Assembly: GCA_003858585.1 (NCBI GenBank)
Contig: RQZE01000008.1
Coordinates: 30,001-62,000, forward strand
Length of the DNA stretch: 32,000 bases
Reading direction: 5' to 3'
Origin: Erysipelotrichaceae bacterium OH741_COT-311
Lineage (GTDB): Bacteria; Bacillota_I; Bacilli_A; Erysipelotrichales; Erysipelotrichaceae
Shown here: one piece after another, positions 27,915 to 32,000 of the stretch
How positions within the stretch are numbered: the first letter of the stretch is position 1
Layout of the letters: each line of letters opens with the position of its first letter
Notes under the pieces: generated by a model
Told to the model about the DNA's origin: nothing
What the model saw: only the letters and a program-made list of their open reading frames with translations
The model's database searches: none
Made by a program: the position numbers and the translations under genes

Positions 27915-28472
27915 ATGAAGTTGATTGTAGGTTTAGGAAATCATGGAGATAAGTATCAACATACTCGTCATAATGCAGGCTTTGATGTGATTGATTTATT
28001 GGCTAAAGAATTAGGTGTTTCTATTGATCAAAATAAGTTTAAAGCCTTGATTAAAATGGTGGATGTTGATGGTGAAAAAGTAATCTTGATGAAGCCTATG
28101 ACATACATGAATTTAAGTGGTGAAGCTGTCAGTGCATGTATACAGTTTTATAAATTAGAGTTAAAGGATGTATTAATTATCCACGATGATTTAGATTTAC
28201 CGGTAGGGAAACTACGTATTCGTCAGCGTGGTTCTTTTGGTGGGCAAAATGGTATGCGTAGTATTCAGTCGTACTTAAATAGTCAGGAAATCAATCGAAT
28301 TCGAGTTGGGATTGGTCGTAGTAGTGTTATAGATGTAAGCAGTTGGGTCTTAATGAAGGTATCGAAAGAGGAACAAGAAGAGTATCAGGCTAATTTACAA
28401 AGGGCTAGTCAAGCTGCAAGAGCGTTTATTTCTAAAAGTATGGAAGAGATTATGAATAGGTATAATCGATGA
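27915..28472 (+). CDS. pth: peptidyl-tRNA hydrolase
   Basis: The N-terminus MKLIVGLGNHGDKYQHTRHNAGF carries the catalytic His motif. At 185 aa it is typical Pth size. Confidence 0.95.
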   Translation: MKLIVGLGNHGDKYQHTRHNAGFDVIDLLAKELGVSIDQNKFKALIKMVDVDGEKVILMKPMTYMNLSGEAVSACIQFYKLELKDVLIIHDDLDLPVGKLRIRQRGSFGGQNGMRSIQSYLNSQEINRIRVGIGRSSVIDVSSWVLMKVSKEEQEEYQANLQRASQAARAFISKSMEEIMNRYNR

Positions 28473-31400
28473 TACAAGAGTTGGTATTAAGTAAAATTTT
28501 AAATAAACAATTTCACAGTGGTTATTCTAATCACTGTTTCTTGTCTTTCAGCAATCTTATGGAAGAGGCTATTTGGTTGAGTTTAAATGTGAAGGACGAT
28601 GCTTCGTGTATGGTTGTTGTAAAAGAGAATGCTTATACGGCGAGTTTATTGTATGAACGTTTAATTTGTTTCATGAAGAAAGAAGATGTCATTCTTTATA
28701 TACCGGAAGAATCTTTGCGTGTAGAAGCCATTGCATCCTCCTTTGAAAATAAAGCGATGCGTATGGAAGCGATGTATCAAATGCTTACAAAGAAGTATCG
28801 TATCGTTATTACATCAAGCAATGCCATTGTAAAAAGACTACCGAATCCTAAAGAGTTTTTAAGACAGTGTCATACCGTTAAAATCAATGAGGAGTGTAGT
28901 TTACAAGACTTTAAACAAAAATTATTACAGGCAGGCTATACTCAAGTACATAGGGTGGAACATCCACTTACCTTTTCCATGCGTGGGGGTATTATTGATG
29001 TCTTTTCCATTAATTATGAACAACCGATTCGTATTGAATTCTTTGATACGGTGATCGATAGTCTTCGTTTCTTTGATGTAAATACTCAAAAAACAGTATC
29101 CGTTACTAAAGAGGTTGATATTATCTGTGCCAGTGATGTCTTATTTACAAAGGAAGATATACAGGAGTTAAAAGAACAACTTTCATCATTAAAGTTGGAA
29201 CCGGAATTACAAGAAGTCATTCATGTGGATTTAGACTATCTTGAGCATGCCTTATACAGTAGTAATCAATATCACTATTATCAATACTTAAGTCATTCAT
29301 ATACCATGTTAGATTATGTGGTAAATCCAATCCTCTTACTATCGACAAAAACAAAGATCCATAACCATCTTCATCAATTAACACAAGAGAGTGTCAATTA
29401 TATTCAAGAGATGTATGAAGCAAAACAAATGCCGTTAAAGTTTGGGGTCTATCTTCCATTACAAGAGGCTTTAGGAAAGCATAAGGTGATTGAAAATGAT
29501 CCTTTGTATCAAAAAGAATTGGTGATACGAGAGGTTCGTTTGCCAAAAGGTACCTTAGCTTATTTATTAAATATCATTGTGGAGGAAGATGCGTTTACAT
29601 CCATTGTCTTAGCTTTAAAAGAGGTTGAAGTTAAACCGGTTATTGAGTATTTGATACAACAGGATATTCCTTATACAATGGCAAGTGATACCTTAGAAAA
29701 AGGAATTAATATTGTTATTGAAGAATTAAGAGAAGGATTTGAATTGGTTCAAGAGAAGATTATTGTATATTCTTCGTTTGAGTTATTTGATTATAAAGCT
29801 CCACTTAGTCGCTATGGTAATAAATATAAAGATGCCGTAGTCTTAACAAGCTACCAGGATTTACAAGTCAAGGACTATGTCGTACACAATCAACATGGAA
29901 TCGGTCAATATCTGGGTATTGAAACAAAAGAACACAATGGCATTATGCGTGATTATTTAAAAGTGGTCTATAAGGATAATGATGAATTATTGGTTCCACT
30001 TGAACAATTTGCTCTTGTGCGTAAGTTTGTATCCAAAGAAGGGGTTGTACCAAAATTACATAAATTGGGAAGCAATAAGTGGGAAAAGACAAAAGCGAAA
30101 CTGCAAGAAAATGTCAAAGACATTGCTGCACGTTTGGTTGCTCTTTATAGCAATCGTCAAACCAATATCGGCTTTGCCTATGCAAAAGATGTAGCGATGC
30201 AGCAAGAGTTTGAACAAGCGTTTAAATATCCACTGACAGATGATCAAATTAAGGCGGTAGCGGAAATCAAAAAAGACATGGAAAGTAGTAAGACGATGGA
30301 TCGTTTACTATGTGGAGATGTGGGATTTGGAAAGACAGAGGTTGCGATTCGAGCTTCATTTAAAGCGGTCATCAATCATAAACAAGTAGCCTTTTTGTGT
30401 CCTACAACCATTTTATCGATTCAACATCATGCCACATTTCAAGAACGTTTCGAGCATTATCCGGTTCGTATTGAAGTGTTAAATCGTTTTGTTTCAGCGA
30501 ATAAAGTAAAACAAATTCTTGCGGATTTAAAAGCCGGTTTGATTGACATTTTAATTGGGACGCATCGTCTATTAAGCAAAGATGTGCAGTTTAAGGATTT
30601 AGGGTTTTTAATCATTGATGAGGAACAACGTTTTGGTGTTGAACATAAAGAGAAGATTAAAGAATTAAAGATGAACATTGATGTATTATCCTTAAGTGCA
30701 ACACCAATACCACGTACCTTACAGATGTCATTAATCGGAATTCGTCAATTGTCGACCCTAGATACCCCACCGGATAATCGTATGCCGGTACAAACCTTTG
30801 TCGTGGAAAAAAGTCGTGGTTTGATAATTGAAGCCATCCAAAGAGAGTTACAACGCAATGGACAAGTGTTTTACTTACACAATAATATTGAAGAAATCTA
30901 TCAAGTGGCAAATGTAATTGCCAGGGAAATAAAAACAGCCAAGGTTGCTGTGGGACATGGGCAAATGGCAAAAGAAGAGTTGGAAAATGTTATGTTGGCA
31001 TTTCATCGCAATGAATACAATGTCTTAATTTGCACAACCATTATTGAAACAGGCATTGATATTCCAAATGCCAACACCATTCTGGTAGATAATGCCCATA
31101 CCTTTGGTTTATCACAGCTTTATCAAATTAAAGGACGTGTGGGTCGTAGTGATCGTATTGCCTATGCCTACTTTATGGTTCCTGCCAAAAAACAAATCAG
31201 TGAGCTTGCCGGCAAACGCTTAGCTGCAATCAAAGAGTTTGTTCAACTTGGTTCCGGTTATAAAATTGCCATGCGAGATTTAACCATTCGTGGAGCCGGG
31301 GATTTACTTGGTCCGGAACAATCTGGATTTATTGATACGGTTGGGATTGATATGTACTTAGAGATGTTAGATGAAGCCATTCGTAAAGAAAAGGGTGAGT

Positions 31401-31876
31401 ATATCGAATCAAAGCCAATCATAAAAAGAAGCAATGTGAAAGTAAATGGATATATCCCTCAATACTATGCTCCGGAAGAGTTTGAAAAGATTGATTTGTA
31501 TAAGCGTATTGATAAGATTGCTAGTGTCAAAGCGTTATTGAATCTTCAAAGTGAAGTAAGTGATATGCATGGAAAAATGCCTTGGAATGTGAAGTTGTTA
31601 TTTGATAAGAAGTATTTGGATTTATTGTTAAATGATGAGTATGTAGATGATTTTAAAGAATTAAAGGATCAGTATATCATTAAATTTTCACAAAGTTATT
31701 CTAAAATTGTAAATGGTATCCAATTGTTTGAAAACTTGAATCATTTAAATAAAGATATTACAATAGCCTATATGAATCAACAAATTATTGTAAAAGTTCC
31801 ACAAGGAAAACAAGGAATTGAATTAGTGATTCAGGTATTACAAGAAAGTAAGGAATGTATCAATGAGATTGGATAA
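28469..31876 (+). CDS. mfd: transcription-repair coupling factor
   Basis: 1135 aa with a UvrB-homology N-terminus, an RNAP-interacting domain, and superfamily 2 motifs GDVGFGKTEVAIRA and IIDEEQRFG. It overlaps the pth stop (ATGA). Confidence 0.96.
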   Translation: MIQELVLSKILNKQFHSGYSNHCFLSFSNLMEEAIWLSLNVKDDASCMVVVKENAYTASLLYERLICFMKKEDVILYIPEESLRVEAIASSFENKAMRMEAMYQMLTKKYRIVITSSNAIVKRLPNPKEFLRQCHTVKINEECSLQDFKQKLLQAGYTQVHRVEHPLTFSMRGGIIDVFSINYEQPIRIEFFDTVIDSLRFFDVNTQKTVSVTKEVDIICASDVLFTKEDIQELKEQLSSLKLEPELQEVIHVDLDYLEHALYSSNQYHYYQYLSHSYTMLDYVVNPILLLSTKTKIHNHLHQLTQESVNYIQEMYEAKQMPLKFGVYLPLQEALGKHKVIENDPLYQKELVIREVRLPKGTLAYLLNIIVEEDAFTSIVLALKEVEVKPVIEYLIQQDIPYTMASDTLEKGINIVIEELREGFELVQEKIIVYSSFELFDYKAPLSRYGNKYKDAVVLTSYQDLQVKDYVVHNQHGIGQYLGIETKEHNGIMRDYLKVVYKDNDELLVPLEQFALVRKFVSKEGVVPKLHKLGSNKWEKTKAKLQENVKDIAARLVALYSNRQTNIGFAYAKDVAMQQEFEQAFKYPLTDDQIKAVAEIKKDMESSKTMDRLLCGDVGFGKTEVAIRASFKAVINHKQVAFLCPTTILSIQHHATFQERFEHYPVRIEVLNRFVSANKVKQILADLKAGLIDILIGTHRLLSKDVQFKDLGFLIIDEEQRFGVEHKEKIKELKMNIDVLSLSATPIPRTLQMSLIGIRQLSTLDTPPDNRMPVQTFVVEKSRGLIIEAIQRELQRNGQVFYLHNNIEEIYQVANVIAREIKTAKVAVGHGQMAKEELENVMLAFHRNEYNVLICTTIIETGIDIPNANTILVDNAHTFGLSQLYQIKGRVGRSDRIAYAYFMVPAKKQISELAGKRLAAIKEFVQLGSGYKIAMRDLTIRGAGDLLGPEQSGFIDTVGIDMYLEMLDEAIRKEKGEYIESKPIIKRSNVKVNGYIPQYYAPEEFEKIDLYKRIDKIASVKALLNLQSEVSDMHGKMPWNVKLLFDKKYLDLLLNDEYVDDFKELKDQYIIKFSQSYSKIVNGIQLFENLNHLNKDITIAYMNQQIIVKVPQGKQGIELVIQVLQESKECINEIG

Positions 31877-32000
31877 ATATTTAAAAGTATCAAGAATTTT
31901 AAAGCGTCGTAGTGTTTCAAATCAACTTGCTAAGCATCAACGTGTCCTTGTAAATGACAAGATTGTAAAGCCGGCTTATGAAGTGAAGGTGGATGATGTT
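31863..32000 (+). CDS. rqcP: S4-domain RNA-binding protein RqcP/YabO (Hsp15-like); 3' end lies outside the window
   Basis: Hand translation: MRLDKYLKVSRILKRRSVSNQLAKHQRVLVNDKIVKPAYEVKVDDV. This closely resembles my recollection of the B. subtilis YabO N-terminus. The start overlaps the end of mfd by 14 nt. It is not in the ORF track. Confidence 0.8.
   Translation, partial: MRLDKYLKVSRILKRRSVSNQLAKHQRVLVNDKIVKPAYEVKVDDV

Overview
This window is the chromosomal replication-origin region of a low-GC Bacillota (Firmicutes) genome. The short Alu-less SRP RNA and the gene content suggest an Erysipelotrichia-, Mollicutes- or Lactobacillales-like lineage, but that is inference. A bipartite oriC sits at about 19.75-21.5 kb. 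Nine DnaA boxes lie upstream of dnaA and three more, plus an AT-rich tract, lie between dnaA and dnaN. Gene orientation flips there. To the left, on the minus strand: dnaA-dnaN-yaaA-recF-gyrB-gyrA, a Ser T-box leader plus serS, a small SRP RNA, nudix-tadA, dnaX-ybaB-recR-fhs, then an accessory block of a lipoprotein, an ATC-hydrolase-like gene, membrane proteins and a TcmP-like methyltransferase. To the right, on the plus strand: a VanY-type DD-carboxypeptidase lipoprotein lodged between dnaA and rpmH, rpmH-rnpA-yidC-jag, a CPBP protease, a MerR regulator, one head-on lipoprotein, an unknown membrane-anchored protein, and pth-mfd-rqcP (cut at the right edge). At the far left, a head-on Y-family polymerase/YolD pair enters from outside the window. 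Features absent from the ORF track: rpmH (44 aa), a 56-aa membrane ORF, a possible non-ATG membrane ORF, the SRP RNA, the T-box leader, and several promoters and terminators. I found no CRISPR array, IS element, tRNA, rRNA or recognisable defence or toxin-antitoxin module, and no convincing novel multi-gene system. The best leads are modest: an identical 18-bp perfect palindrome on both sides of serS, an uncharacterised membrane/methyltransferase gene cluster, a palindrome over the yaaA-recF-gyrBA promoter, and the rearranged origin neighbourhood.
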